Position numbers and translations under genes: made by a program. A stretch of 64,000 nt of DNA from Octopus sinensis (Eukaryota). Location of the stretch: positions 135,904,001 through 135,968,000 of the forward strand of contig NC_043000.1 in the NCBI RefSeq assembly GCF_006345805.1. The letters are read 5' to 3'. Below, in pieces: positions 26,891 to 39,973 of the stretch; within the stretch, counting starts at the first letter, position 1, and each line of letters begins with the position of its first letter. Below the pieces are notes generated by a model. It was not told where the DNA came from. It made no database searches and worked only from the letters and a program-made list of their open reading frames with translations.

Positions 26891-27065
26891 TAAGTATGGA
26901 AGACAATTAAATTTTGGAAAAATTAAAAGAAAAGTTTTTTAAAAGAATATTTGCATAGTGTTCAAATACAAGGGGCATTTTCCTTGTTTCTGCCCGTCTC
27001 TGTCTCTCTTGTTTACTCTTGTGAGTTTGAGGTCGTTATATATATATACATACATAAATGCACAC

Positions 27066-27121
<56 letters not shown>

Positions 27122-27154
27122 CACACACACACATACACGTTATCGTTATTATGA

Positions 27155-27445
27155 GAACGCATGGCTTAGCGGTAAGGGAGTTGCATTCACGATCGCAAGA
27201 TCGTGGTTTCAATTCCTAGACCGGGTGGTGCGTTGCATTCTTGAGCAAAACACTTCATCTCACGTTGCTCTGCGATCACTTCGATGCTCGACGTGTGGCA
27301 CACTGCGCACTTGTTCAGAGAATGTTGATTTGACGGAGAGAGTGAGCTAATGTACAGCACATACATTTAATCTCTATAAACAAATCAGTTGTGCAGTTCG
27401 TTCGGCAACAGCTGAATAATCATACATCGTCCTCGACGAGAGAGT
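27155..27445 (+). mobile_element. tRNA-derived SINE, diverged (family A-related)
   Basis: GCATGGCTTAGCGGTAAGG..GGTTTCAATTCC head and CTTGAGCAAAACACTTCATCTCACGTTGCTC core. Confidence 0.75.
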
Positions 27446-27854
27446 TTTTCATTATCATTTACTTTCACTTTCCATGCTTGCATGGATTGAGCAAGTGTCA
27501 CTGTTGTAGTCCTATCTTAATCAGCATTACTACCTTCTCAGATGAGTCGGATAACTACGTCACGCTTTTACTTTGTATTTGTAGCATGAATTCTATGGTT
27601 GGAAGACCTTCCTAACAACAGTACCAGAAAGGTGTCATTGTGTCAAGACATGGGGTCCTCCTGATCCTGCATTCTTCAATAACTCTGCGGAGTGTGCTGG
27701 GCGAATTGTATCATGATTTCAACATTAGGGAGGTTACTGTTTCTCTTCATGGCTAAGTAGTTGTCACTGTTCTACATTGTATCTAGTTATTCAGAACAAA
27801 GTGACCAAGAGGGCGAATAGAAGAGAAAGTGATGGCAAAAGATGATCAGGAGTG

Positions 27855-27877
27855 AAAGAGAGGGAGAGTGAGAGATG

Positions 27878-27909
<32 letters not shown>

Positions 27910-28006
27910 CGGAGGGAAAAAGAGAAAGAGAGACAAAGTAATCGTAGTTACACACTTGCTAGTAAGACAGAAAGAGAGAGAGAGAGAGAGAAATAGAGAG
28001 GGAGAA

Positions 28007-28042
<36 letters not shown>
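27855..28042. repeat. (AG)n tracts
   Basis: Direct reading. Confidence 0.9.
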
Positions 28043-28043
<1 letters not shown>

Positions 28044-28340
28044 AAACACGTGGACTGAGTAGTTGTTGAGCTGAGCGATAGTACAAAGTAATCGAGGATC
28101 AGAGAATAATGCTATAGACAATAAGAACGGGTATTTGACTACTGAATTGAGTTGGAGCTAGAAGATGCGAGCTTAAAGGACAAATTGGGTAAACATTCAG
28201 ACACACATACGTACATACATGCATTCATACATACATGCATGGATGCATGCATACATACATACATGCATACATATATACATACATACATACATACATACAT
28301 ACATACATACATACATACATACATACATACATACATACAT

Positions 28341-28751
28341 AGGCGCAGGAGTGGCTGTGTGGTAAGTAGCTTGCTAACCAACCACATGGTTCCGGGTTCA
28401 GTCTCACTGCGTGGCACCTTAGGCAAGTGTCTTCTGCTATAGCCTCGGGCCGACCAATACCTTGTGAGTGGATTTGGTAAACGGAAACTGAAAGAAGCCT
28501 GTCGTATATATGTATATATATATATATGTGTGTGTGTGTTTGTGTGTCTGTGTTTGTTCCCCTAGCATTGCTTGACAACCGATGTTGGTGTGTTTACGTC
28601 CCCGTCACTTAGCGGTTCGGCAAAAGAGACCGATAGAATAAGTACTGGGCTTACAAAAGAATAAGTCCCGGGGTCGAGTTGTTCGACTAAAGGCGGTGCT
28701 CCAGCATGGCCGCAGTCAAATGACTGAAACAAGTAAAGGAGTAAAAGAGAG
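28341..28751 (+). mobile_element. SINE family C (about 410 bp, internal TA/TG microsatellite)
   Basis: GGCGCAGGAGTGGCTGTGTGGTAAG head and GACTGAAACAAGTAAA(G/A)GAG tail; near-identical to 63175-63583. Confidence 0.9.
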
Positions 28752-28894
28752 TATATATACATACATACATATATACATACATACATACATATATTTATGT
28801 ATATATATTTACGTATAGATATACATGTTTACATGCAAGTATGTATGTTGAGTTTTACCGAGTTTGCTCCTTAAGACCTCATCTGCTAGGCGAA

Positions 28895-29210
28895 GGCGAA
28901 GGCGTGGCTTTGAGATAAGAAGTTTACTTCCAACCACATGGTTCCTGGTTAAGTCCCACTGCGTGGCACCTTGGGCAAATGTTTTCTACTATAGCCTTGG
29001 ACCAACCAAAGTCCTGTGAGTGGAATTGGTAAACGGAAAACTGAAAGAAGCCTGTTGTATTATGGCTGAAACAAATATAAGAAAAATATGTTTGTGTGCA
29101 TCTGTGTTTCTCTCCCACCACCGATTGACAACCCGTGTTGGTTTGTTTACGCCCCCGCCACTTAACGGCTCGGCAAAAAGAGTTAATTATTGGGGTCGAT
29201 TCATTTGACT
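28895..29210 (+). mobile_element. SINE family C, older copy
   Basis: Collinear with 28341-28751 but more diverged. Confidence 0.8.
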
Positions 29211-31151
29211 AAGAAATATAATAGATTTGGGTATAAAACATGGGTCATCAACACAAGTATGGTTAGCCGATATAAAAATGTCTTTATTTTTGCCTGTATT
29301 ATGACAATAAACAGAAAGAGCTGATAATACACTACCTGTACACTAAGTCCATCGCTGACTCTCACTTATCTTACTGCACCTCTGTACATGACTTGTACAC
29401 CTCTCACTCTCACAAGCTAACATACATCTACCTTTAGGGACTACCAGATTACAGAAAGGGAAACTCAAATGCGTTTTTCGAGGTAGGCGGATGACAGGTA
29501 TAGGATTTTACTCATTGCTAATTTACCTCACTTGGAAAATAGTATGAAAAACTATCGGTTGAGGCACTGTATAACATTGTATATGGGGCCTACAATGGTT
29601 TATGTTATTTTGCAACGATTTAACATATCACTTTAAAAAAATAATGTTTCGTTGCTTTCTGACCAAAAATAACATGAATTGCAAATCAGCCTGCTTAATG
29701 AAATTTTATTTCCTTTGAGAGTTGTAGTTAAATTTGAAAGCCACTTATTCTTCTTCAAAGAAATCTCTAGAAAATTCTTTCATAAAAAATAATAGATTAA
29801 CAATCTAATTTTAGTTCTTAATTAATTAAGGAATTAAAGACAATAGCTAATACCTCGATATCTAAGTTTATCATGATTAATTCTACTATCTTCGACGCTA
29901 GTATGACTTGTCAGAAGAACTAACGTTTATTTTCTTAACGTTACGACTATCTCTGCCACTATCTTCAGCATCATTGTCTGACATCAGAATAGGATTGTGA
30001 GAATAACGTTAATATGGCTGAGGAAGTTACTCTAAGAGAGCCTTTTGCCACATACGTAATATTGTGTTGTGATAAACTCGGTACTGTGTATTGATTAACC
30101 GAGGTTATCTATGCTATTAGTAAATAAAAACCACACTCAGAGGGCGTTTATAATCTCTAGATTAAAAATATACACCCCTGATTTATTGTTGTATATTGTT
30201 GCTTTATAACCCGTTTTAATGAAGCAGAATATTGATTTCTAACATGAATAAAAGGCTGCTAATTTACAGGTATGTGGGTCATAATAGAGTGAATTGAATC
30301 TACTCGTGTATTACTTATTCTTATTTTTACCCCAAGAACTCTTCTCCCGAAAGATGAAATGCCAAGAAGTCTCAAACTAGATTAAAACTAAATATTGAAA
30401 TACAATTAAAGTAGAGCCTCACTGACTTACAGTATAATTCAACAGAATAATAAAAACATCAGGGTCGTGCATTTTTGTGAACCAGACAAAATTCAGCTAG
30501 TAATAACTTTACTTTTCACCTCTCCCTTAGCTCGAATGAATAATCTGTTGTTGTTCCCCCAGGTCAAGCTTATTCAAAGGTTAGCACAACTATAAAATCT
30601 AATGTATCATTTCGTTTTCTCAAGACGATGAGCTGTGACTTGAGAGCAATGCGATTTATGGGGTTAAGTCACTTTTTTCGTGTTTACGAGATATCGCATG
30701 ATGATAAAAATATTGATAAGTCGAATATGAATTTCATTGGTTATACAATCTCCTCACAAAACTTCGCCATGTTTCTAACCGCAAGAAAGCGTAATTAAAT
30801 CCAAGAGCGTTTAATAATCAACAAATTAGACCATATTTTTAAGATGTAGTATGTAATGACACAAAATATAATCAGTTTTGAATATATATGTGCACATGCA
30901 TTCCTACACTCCTGTATATTTACACACCCATATGCATATAACATATATGTAATGTGAGTATAATGCTCATTATATGTAGCAGAATAGATAAAACTAATGC
31001 TTATCCGATCAGTATAGCTGGTAATATTTCTTGATAGGTAAGAATGAGGATGTAGAATTGAGGAATTAAATACCCAAATCCCCTTTCCCGTTGAACAGTG
31101 GCACTATACAGGCACTACACCAGTCCTTTTGTAATCTTCCAGCCATATATA

Positions 31152-31370
31152 TATCTTTACTACCCACAAGGGGTTAAACACAGAGGGGATAAACAAGGAC
31201 AGACAAAGGGATTAAGTCGATTACATCGACCCAATGCAAAACTGGTACTTTATTTATCGACCCCGAGAGGATGAAAGGCAAAGTCGACCTCGGCGGAATT
31301 TGAACTCAGAACGTAACGACAGACGAAATACCGCAAAGCATTTCGCCCGGCGTGCTAACGTTTCTGCCAG
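31152..31370 (-). mobile_element. SINE family B
   Basis: Reverse complement of 6730-6950. Confidence 0.9.
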
Positions 31371-33145
31371 AACATTCATAAGTCTCACTAACCATTAAAT
31401 CACTGTCATTTCTCCTTTCTTTACGTATTCCACTGTACACCCATTTATACCTGGCGCCTTCCGCTTTACCATCTTCCACAAGGATTTCCTCACCTTCTCT
31501 CTTCCAATTGCCCTGTGGTTCCTATCCGCAACCATTGGCAGTCTCCCCCTCCTCCTACAGCCACTATACTTGCCTCCCTAACATCCTCCACATTCAACAG
31601 CTCACCAGAATACTCTGCCCATCTCCTTTGTACACCCTTACTTCCTTTCAATAGATTTTCATTTATATCCTTCATCCTTTCTTCCCTTCCTCCAACCACC
31701 TTTGTACCTCTTTCCAAAATATCTTCTTATTTCTTACAAAATGTTCACTCAACTTTTTCCCGAACCTTTCACTTACCTCCCATTTCGTCACCCTCACCAC
31801 TCTCTTCACTCCCCTCTTCACTTCTCAGTAGTGATCTTAAGCTTCTCCATCACATTTCTGCAACCACTCTTCAAAGGCCCTTTTCTTCTCTGCCACTGTA
31901 TCCTTTATCTGCTCATTCCACCACTCACTACCTTTCCTCACACCCATTCCAACCATTCGTGTACCACATTCCACAGAACGCCAATCTCATTACTGCTCCT
32001 CTAAAAGCCTCCCACTCCTCCTCCACATCGCCTATCTCCTCTCTCTCTTTTACTCTTTTACTTGTTTCAGTCATTTGACTGCGGCCATGCTGGAGCACCG
32101 CCTTTAGTCGAGTTTCTTAACCTGTTCATATTCACCTCTCAGTTTCTCTACGTACTCCTGCTCCTTCTCTCCCATATCCAGTTCACTCACCTTTACAACC
32201 TCTCTCCTCCCTGTCACTCATCTAGCATTCCATTTTGAACATAACTTCAACTTACCCTCTACTAAGAAGTGATCTGACACTCCTCCATCTTCATCTCTCA
32301 TCACATGCACATCCTCCAACCTTCCTAACACTCTCTTATTAATTAACACATAATTCATCAACGCCCAGCCACTGCTGTTCCTCCCTCCTCCCTCCACCCT
32401 CCACCATGTGAATTTATTCTTCTCCTGCTTTTTAAAAAGACTATTCTCCGCCACCAACTCCTGCTCCATACACATTTCCAACAACCTCCTTCCACTCTCA
32501 TTCCGACCAGGAACTCCATATTTTCCTGCTACATTTTCTACTCCCTCATTTCCCACCCACGCATTCAAATCACCCAACACCACCACATAGCCATTTTCCC
32601 CCAGCCTATCCACACACTCTGTTAGTTCTCTTCAGAACTCCTCTACTTCTTCCTCACTCCTTTCACTCCCTGGACCATATGCACTAAAGAAAACACAAAA
32701 ATTTCTCCTCCCCACCTCATCTTAACCCACATTAACCTAGAAGACACTTCCCTCCACTTCACCACACTCTCCTTCACACGGTCACTCACCACCAATGCCA
32801 TTCCCTCACGAGCCCTCCCCCTCCCGCGCCCGACACTCGTTCAGTCACATCACCAAACTGGTACTCTCCCTTACCTTTCATCTTAGTTTCGTTCAGTGCC
32901 AGCACATCCTTCTTTCTCCTCATCATCACACTCCCTATCTCTCTCCTCTTCACCTCACTTGTGCTACACCCACGCACATTCCATCACCCTAGCACTAAGG
33001 TGAGATTAGACGCTAACCTTCAGCCAACCCCTTGTCGTTTTCTTGTTGTCTTTTTAGGAATATGAAATTACTATGAGGAGTGGATTCCCAGTCGCTTCGC
33101 ACCCGCCCCTTTTAGTCGCCTCTTACGCCATGCAGGGAATGCGGC
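31371..33145 (-). mobile_element. RTE-clade LINE 5' half (5' UTR, APE endonuclease and linker), decayed
   Basis: ORF pieces GCSTSEVKRREIG..DVLALNETK, VVVLGDLNAWVG..NESGRRLLEMC..KFTW..SDHFLV and VQRRWAEYSGELLNV. A family C SINE tail interrupts it at about 32045-32115. Confidence 0.9.
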
Positions 33146-33155
33146 AATTGCAATG

Positions 33156-33806
33156 GGATCTTTTCCTTTTGAACGGCAGACAATTTTTAGTTAACTAAAC
33201 ACTTTAAAACTTCGTATACTGGTAGAATGTGTCAAAATTAAACATTTTTTTTCTCTTGGCTTTCTTGAGAAAATTGTAATTTGTTTGTTTAACGTAGTTT
33301 AATTTTTCGAATTTTAACCAATCCTATGCTCTCTTTTGAGCTAAAATCATTTGCTGCGTCTAAAACTGAGACAACATCCTGTAACTAACCCTAAACCTCC
33401 CCCTAACTCTAACCCTAATCCTAAATTTCTTTTCTTAATTGTTAAATTAATTTAATTGTTACGCGTGTAAAAAAAAAACTAAAGCAATGGAATTAAATTA
33501 ATTTAACAATTAAGAAAAAAATTAGGGTTAGGGTTAGGGTTAGGGGAGAGGTTTAGGGTTAGTTACAGGATGTTGTCTCAGTTTTAGACGCAGCAAATGA
33601 TTTTAGTTGAATGAAGGTAATCGATTGGTTATAATTGCCGAAATGCTCGGATTTTCAGACGAAATATCTTACAAACTATAGAATTTTCTCAATAAAACCA
33701 AGAGAAAATGATGTTTTATAAACATATTCTACCAGCATACGAAGTTTAAAAGTGTTTAGTTAACTAGAAATTGTGTTGACATCTGCCGTTCAAAAGGAAA
33801 AGATCC
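33156..33806. mobile_element. Foldback non-autonomous DNA transposon, GG..CC ends, 8-bp TSD (Merlin- or MULE-like)
   Basis: Ends GGATCTTTTCCTTTTGAACGGCAGA and TCTGCCGTTCAAAAGGAAAAGATCC, and the two halves are inverted copies. TSD TTGCAATG at 33148-33155 and 33807-33814. Internal (TAACCC)/(GGGTTA) repeats. Confidence 0.85.
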
Positions 33807-34319
33807 TTGCAATGTACTGGTCCACCGCCCCAGTCGCAGAAGGGTTTGCTAATTAACCCATATTTGGGACCCTTACAGGTGCTACCAGTTCGGGCCAGAG
33901 CAGACCTGGGAACAATAGTGGCTAAGAGGTGGTTCCACACTCCTCAAATCCTGAAACCAGGACCCCAGGGTCCCACTCCCAGATGTAGTTTATAGTCATA
34001 CGATGGTTAATTGTCAGATCTTTACAACTATTTCATACGTAACTTTTTAATAAAAGAATGAGAATATCACACTATTATAAAAGACTGTAGTCATCAGATG
34101 AAAAGTAATTCTACAAAACAAAAGAATATCCAAGAAAAAAGAAAGGAAAAAAGGAAGAAAGAAAAATAGAAAGGGTTGTTTTTCTGAGATGGTTGAAATT
34201 GATAACCGGTTCAAATAGGTCAGGCTTTTTATTAATTTCAATATATTTTTCTTAGTCATTGTGCTACAAATCATTTGGTTAGTTGTCATGTTTTCCCACA
34301 ATAGAAAATACAATTTGTC

Positions 34320-34472
34320 ACGACTGGCTTCTTTCAGTTTCCGTCTACCAAATCCACTCACAAGGCTTTGGTCGGCCCGAGACTATAGTGGAAGACACTT
34401 GTCCTAATGCCACACAGTAGGAATGAACCCGGAACCATGTGATTGAGAAGCGAGCTTCGCACACACAGCCAT
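34320..34472 (-). mobile_element. SINE family C, 5' half
   Basis: Reverse complement of about 28350-28505. Confidence 0.85.
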
Positions 34473-35333
34473 ATGTGTGTGTGTGTGTGTGTGTGTGCGT
34501 GCGAGTGTGTGTATATGCATGTGTATGTATAAACTTTTCGGCCCGTTTTATATTTTATTGAGAAAATAGACCTGGTACTCAGTGCAAGCCTGCTATTATT
34601 GTGTTATTTTTATCATTTCTACATGTGTGATTCATAACACGATGCGAAAGAAATATGTCATATAATTTTTAATACAGAATCATAGATTTTTCTGTAAAGT
34701 TTATTTTCTAATCTAAATCTAAAACAAAATGAAACAAATAAATATATATTATCAAAACTGTATAGCAAATCTAAATATTCTTCCTATTATATACTTTCCT
34801 TTTTATTTTTAAAAGAAAAACACATTATCTAAATTTAATAAAAAAAAGATAATAAAAAAACTGATTCCATAGTTTCATATTACAATTCAGATATGTTTAC
34901 AACTCGGTTTAAAATTATCAGAAACAATAAAAAAAATTATATTGAAACCCCCAAAAAAGAACAAGATTCCCCAAAGTTATTTAGAAGAATGAGAAAGAAA
35001 AAGATATTTTTCAAAATTAATGAATAAAATCTGCTAGTGATATAGAAGTTCCCAGAGAATCTAAGACATTATCTTCATGTGTGCAGTGCTTCCCTGAAGA
35101 CACATTCATTTTAGTTTTGCTTGGTTCATTGAAAGAAGCGTAGAATCTTCAACTGTTTTCAAAATGAAGCAGTAAATCCTGAAAGTGAAACAAAATATCA
35201 TAAAAGCACTTATTTCTCCTTGTATTGAATATGAAATTTTATACACACATATACACACACAGACACTCACACATACATATACACATACATTACATGTATG
35301 CATACACACACACACGTACACACGTATATATAT

Positions 35334-35397
<64 letters not shown>

Positions 35398-36216
35398 TAT
35401 ATGTATGTATATATACATGTATGTATAAACACATATATATACAAAATGGAGCGAGTGAGAATGAAAGGAAATTTGTATAAAGTATGTATGATAATTGAAT
35501 AAATTTTCAGTTTATTCTATGAAAAATTGCAATTAATTTTTATTCTGTTCAGCGGGTAATTTTTATGTCATCTACATCTATTTCTTCTTGGAAAACACTC
35601 TATTGAATCTCTTAAAAATGGACAGAATTGTTTTGGTTTAGACTTAGTTCTTTGTTTAACTCGCATATAAATATTATAACGCAAAATTATTAATATCCAT
35701 GTATTTATTTACATTTATTATTTTCCTATTTTAAAGATAGGGTGAAAGCAAATATTACCTTAAAGATGCTGTATGGGCCTTTTGGAAACATTTCTTTTGG
35801 TTGAATTTTGTTCAAAATTATGTAAATTACTGCTGGCCAAAAGCCTTCAATAGCCATATTTTTGCACATGTAAACTATTGTCTACTGTTCAAGCCGGCTT
35901 ATACTAGCTACGCTAAACCGTTGTGGTCATAATCCTCCACTAACAAAGAAAGCTTTTATTCTAACATGGGAAGTGCATCCTCGCTAATTCTTAACTTATT
36001 GAAATTATGTCTTTTTTGTGCGACATTATGTGCGAAAATTATACTAGATTTTGTTTTCTATTTTCAGCTGTAAATGAAATGTCAATTGATTAAGAAATCT
36101 TTTGCGCATTGCATTCAGTTCACCCTCAACTATTTGATATTTCTTTATACATCATTGGATCATTTAAGTTAATTTCCCTTTGCTTAATTTTAGTTCAAGT
36201 AGTACATGCTAAAAGA

Positions 36217-36373
36217 AACTGAGTATGTAGGAATACTCTTCTGAGGAAATTAAGTCAGTTGTATCCCTTCGTAATTACTTATATACTTACATCAAAATAA
36301 AAGTCTCCATATCTAACAACTGAATATGTAGGAATACTCTTCTGAGGAATTTAAGTCAGTTGTATCCCTTCGT
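36217..36373 (+). repeat. 56-bp direct duplication with a 45-bp spacer
   Basis: AACTGA(G/A)TATGTAGGAATACTCTTCTGAGGAA(A/T)TTAAGTCAGTTGTATCCCTTCGT at 36217 and 36318. Confidence 0.9.
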
Positions 36374-36769
36374 TTGTGTGAATTGAGTAGGTTGTTGCTT
36401 TTTACCTGTATTACGTTTTGATACCTTTTTTTTTTTTCCTTTTGCACTCTGTAAATGACCGTTGCACTTTGAGATATAAAGACAAAATAAATCCGTAAAA
36501 TGCTTTCTGAAAACATGATTTTAATTTTTGTAATTTATCTGGTAAGAATTGAAATTTATCTGGTAACAGATTGTTGTCTTTTGTCAACATTAATAAGAAG
36601 TTTGGTTTTCAAAAATTACTGCGGACTGCTGCAGCATAGTTTCGAATAAACAACGTGAAATCTTAACGGTCATGGTCCTCGATTTAGTGAGGAACATAGG
36701 GAACCATTCTATAGCAATGAAATTGGTGCGAGGATTAATCGATTTAGAACAGTGCTCCGACATTCTTTT

Positions 36770-37235
36770 GTACCTTGATTTACTTCACGCATTGGAGTGT
36801 GGCCATACTGGGGTACTGCCGTGAATGATTAAGTCGAACAAATCGACACCAATACTTATTTCTCGCACTGTAGGGACAAGCGGTGTAGGGACAAACGCAA
36901 AGACACGCATGCGCACACGCATACATACACACACACGCATACATGCACACACCCGCATGCGCACTCACACACATACGCACGCGCACTCTCACACACACGC
37001 ACGCGCACTCACACACACACGCACGCACACACAGATATGTGACAGAATTCTATACAGTTTCCGTCTACGAAATTAACTCATAAGGCATTGCTCAGTTCAG
37101 AGCAATAGTAGAAGACACTTGCCCCAGGTGCCTTCGAAAGGAGCTTCTTAACTACACTTCCGTGGGGTCGATTTGTTCGACTAAAGGCGGTGCTCCAGCG
37201 TGGTCAAAGTCAAATGAGGGAAACAAGTAAAAGAA
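36770..37235. mobile_element. Fragments of SINE family C in both orientations around (CA)n
   Basis: CAGTTTCCGTCTAC..GAAGACACTTGCCC on the minus strand and GACTAAAGGCGGTGCTCCAGC on the plus strand. Confidence 0.7.
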
Positions 37236-37729
37236 TGCCAAAAAAAAAATGGCTTAAAATTTTGGTGAGGTTTGGGGTCTGAAACAAATGTAGCACTTTA
37301 GACTTACGAAATAACTTATTTCCTGTTTGTACTCGTTGAAAGCAACCACCCACTCACAGCAGCTATTCAACCTTTTGTTTATTGTTTACTGAAGCTACGC
37401 GCAAGTTTTGCTGAAAAGTTTTAGTAAACGTGTCTATGTTGTGTCATGTATAAGTTGATAACCTAATATTCAACAGAAAGGCGATCCATTGACTACGAAA
37501 TTTATACCCCCCAACACATACATTACATGCTTGTATGTAATGTATGTAGAGAGATAACAATAGTATAGAATTTGTGCAATATCAAAGAAAATTGCTTCTG
37601 ATATATATACATATATATATATATATATTGATGAAAATGGTAAAACAACAAAAGAATGAAAGAGACTTCAATATTATGTAAATAGAGGAATTTTTCTGTA
37701 AATATATGTGACAATTATTCGGTAGCCAT

Positions 37730-37790
37730 GATAAAACTCCGAGTTTCGGATGCCGGGGTGGAAATTCACGCCGCCATCTCTTCAGTTATC
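37730..37790 (-). ncRNA. Inverted copy of the same hammerhead
   Basis: Minus strand reads GATAA-CTGAAGA-..-GAAA-CTCGGAG-TT-TTATC (GUU triplet). Confidence 0.75.
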
Positions 37791-37818
37791 TTCATAACAT
37801 TTTCATAGCATTTTTTCC

Positions 37819-37896
37819 GGTGGCCGGATAACTGAAGAGATGGCGGCGTGGATTTCCACCCCGGCATCCGAAACTTGGAGTCTTATCATGGCTACC
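37819..37896 (+). ncRNA. Type I hammerhead ribozyme, canonical core
   Basis: GGTGGCC-G-GATAA-CTGAAGA-GATG..CATC-C-GAAA-CTTGGAG-TC-TTATC-AT-GGCTACC. Stem I is extended with an internal loop. The GUC triplet predicts a cut after 37882. Confidence 0.85.
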
Positions 37897-39751
37897 GAAT
37901 AACTGTCACATATTACGTGTACAGATATATATATATATATTGAAAGAATTTTTTTACCAAAATAAATGAAGGTGCAGAACGTGAGAACAATTCTACAGAT
38001 TAACTCACCACTTTCATCTATTTTGGAAAACAAGTGCTTTGCAAATCATGTTGCATTACATTAATATGTACCAAGATTAAGGCAAGGGTTTCTCAGATTT
38101 GGTAGTGCAACAAACAAAACACCTTGCAGTATTTAGTTACAATTTCTTACAATCTGAGTCCAAATTCAAACTGTGAACATTTTGCTTTCATCCATATATG
38201 TCAGTAAAATGAATTACAAGTTAAGTACCGAAGTTGATTTAAACGACTATCCTCTCCCACAAAATTGATGACTGTGTGCCAATATTGGAAACTAGTATAT
38301 ATACTGATAAAATGGTAAATATCAACAAACAGAAATTCGCTTAATATTTAATATACAAATGATTTTTTTCTTATGCAATTGTTTAGATGAATAAAAGATT
38401 TCATACCTAAGTACATACATACATACATGCATGCGTGTGCGTGTGTGTGTGTGTGGACTTGGTAATAACACCGAACAGAACATCGGAATCTACAAGGCTC
38501 AGAGTATATCATATACTACTTTCGCCACTTTCAATGTAATATGATGTGAAAGCCAATATGTAAAATCTTTTCATATGCTGTCCAGTGAAAAATAACGTTA
38601 TGTGTCTGGCAGCAATTTCCCTTCTAGGCAATTAGAATTAAATAACTTGGTCACTGGCCAGAAAGTAAGGTACACAGCAAGATATATATCAATTACTCTT
38701 GGATGAAGAGGTTTCATTCGTAATATATAGATTGGTTTTCTGTATTTCAATTAGCATATATTATCGATTTTATTTTACAAATCTAGTAGCAGAGGAGTAT
38801 AGTCAAGTGAAGTTCAATGTATTACTAGTAGTTCTGTTATTAACCGCAAAATATTGAACAACAATATCAGATCTAGAAAGATTTGAACTTAGAATCTAGA
38901 GGTATGAAACTAAATATCATAAAGCTTTATAAAGCTTTATAATTCCTGAAAAGTTGAAATCTGCATGTCATTTGTATTAGTAATTTTTACATTGACACTA
39001 ACATAATAGTAATTTTTAGATACATTAAAATATCACAATGATAGATTATGGATTAAGATTTCGGAGGAAACTTGAATGAATTCCAACCTACTAATTTGTG
39101 TCAAAATTCCTTCAAACAAGCTGGGAAATAGTCTACTTAGAGTATTTGATATGCTAAATGGCATTTGAGATCATAGACAACATGACAAGCATATGCTGTC
39201 AAATATCATTGAAATACTCCGAAGCTACTTGTGCATAGTTCTGTTGGTTGTGTCTCGAAGTCCTATTACATCGGTGAAAAGCATGTGTTATAAACAGACA
39301 TCGCCTAGAGGGTGGCGATGTTTTTCGCTAACAAAAAATAACAGCGATCAGATATTTACTTTCGAATTTGTCAAGGAGACATTAAGAATGGCTACGTTGT
39401 TTAGACTCTCACTGTTCTGCGAGCATCACATAAATTATTATCTCTTTCCTAGACTTTAGCATGCATAAGAAAAATAATTTGTTTGTTGATTCATATAAAC
39501 AACTTATTCTCTTGTTAGCGTCTTCCGTCAGTAGCCGTAGCTTTAATTGAAGAGATACATAATGAGATCGAAACACTGAAGTGTCTCGAGGTCCTCTTAG
39601 ACTGGTGAATCACGTGTGTTTTGGACACACATTGTTTAAAGATGTCTAAAGGTGTTCTCCGTTGACGAAAACCAACAATCAGACAATCACATCTGAATCT
39701 ACCGCAACGTATTTAGAATGAATAGATGCATTAATATTATTCTATTTCGCC

Positions 39752-39973
39752 AAAGGCGGCGAACTGGCAGAATCGTTAGCATGCCGGGCGAAATGCTTAG
39801 CGATATTTCGTCTGTCGCTTCGTTCTGAGTTCAAATTCCGCCGAGGTCGACGTTACTTTTCATCCTCTCGAGGCCGATAAATTAAGTACCAAGTTAAGTA
39901 CTGGGGTCGATGTAATCAACTTGCCCCTTCCCTCAAAAATGTTAGGTCTAGTGACTATAGGAGAACGGATTAT
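39752..39973 (+). mobile_element. SINE family B, variant tail
   Basis: Same head and core as 6718; flanked by TATTTCGC repeats. Confidence 0.85.

Larger units (their letters stand above)
37629..37925. mobile_element. Inverted PLE pLTR pair in (TA)n carrying two divergent hammerheads
   Basis: Arms 37704-37790 and 37827-37913 (87 bp) with a 36-nt spacer and an unpaired left tail of about 75 bp. (TA)n lies on both sides. Confidence 0.85.

Noticed and set aside
31515-32078. 187-aa Ser/Pro/Leu-rich plus-strand ORF
   Set aside because: Antisense shadow of the purine-rich RTE coding strand.
33860-34000. GC-richer island as an exon
   Set aside because: No convincing splice sites or frame; more likely an unclassified repeat fragment.
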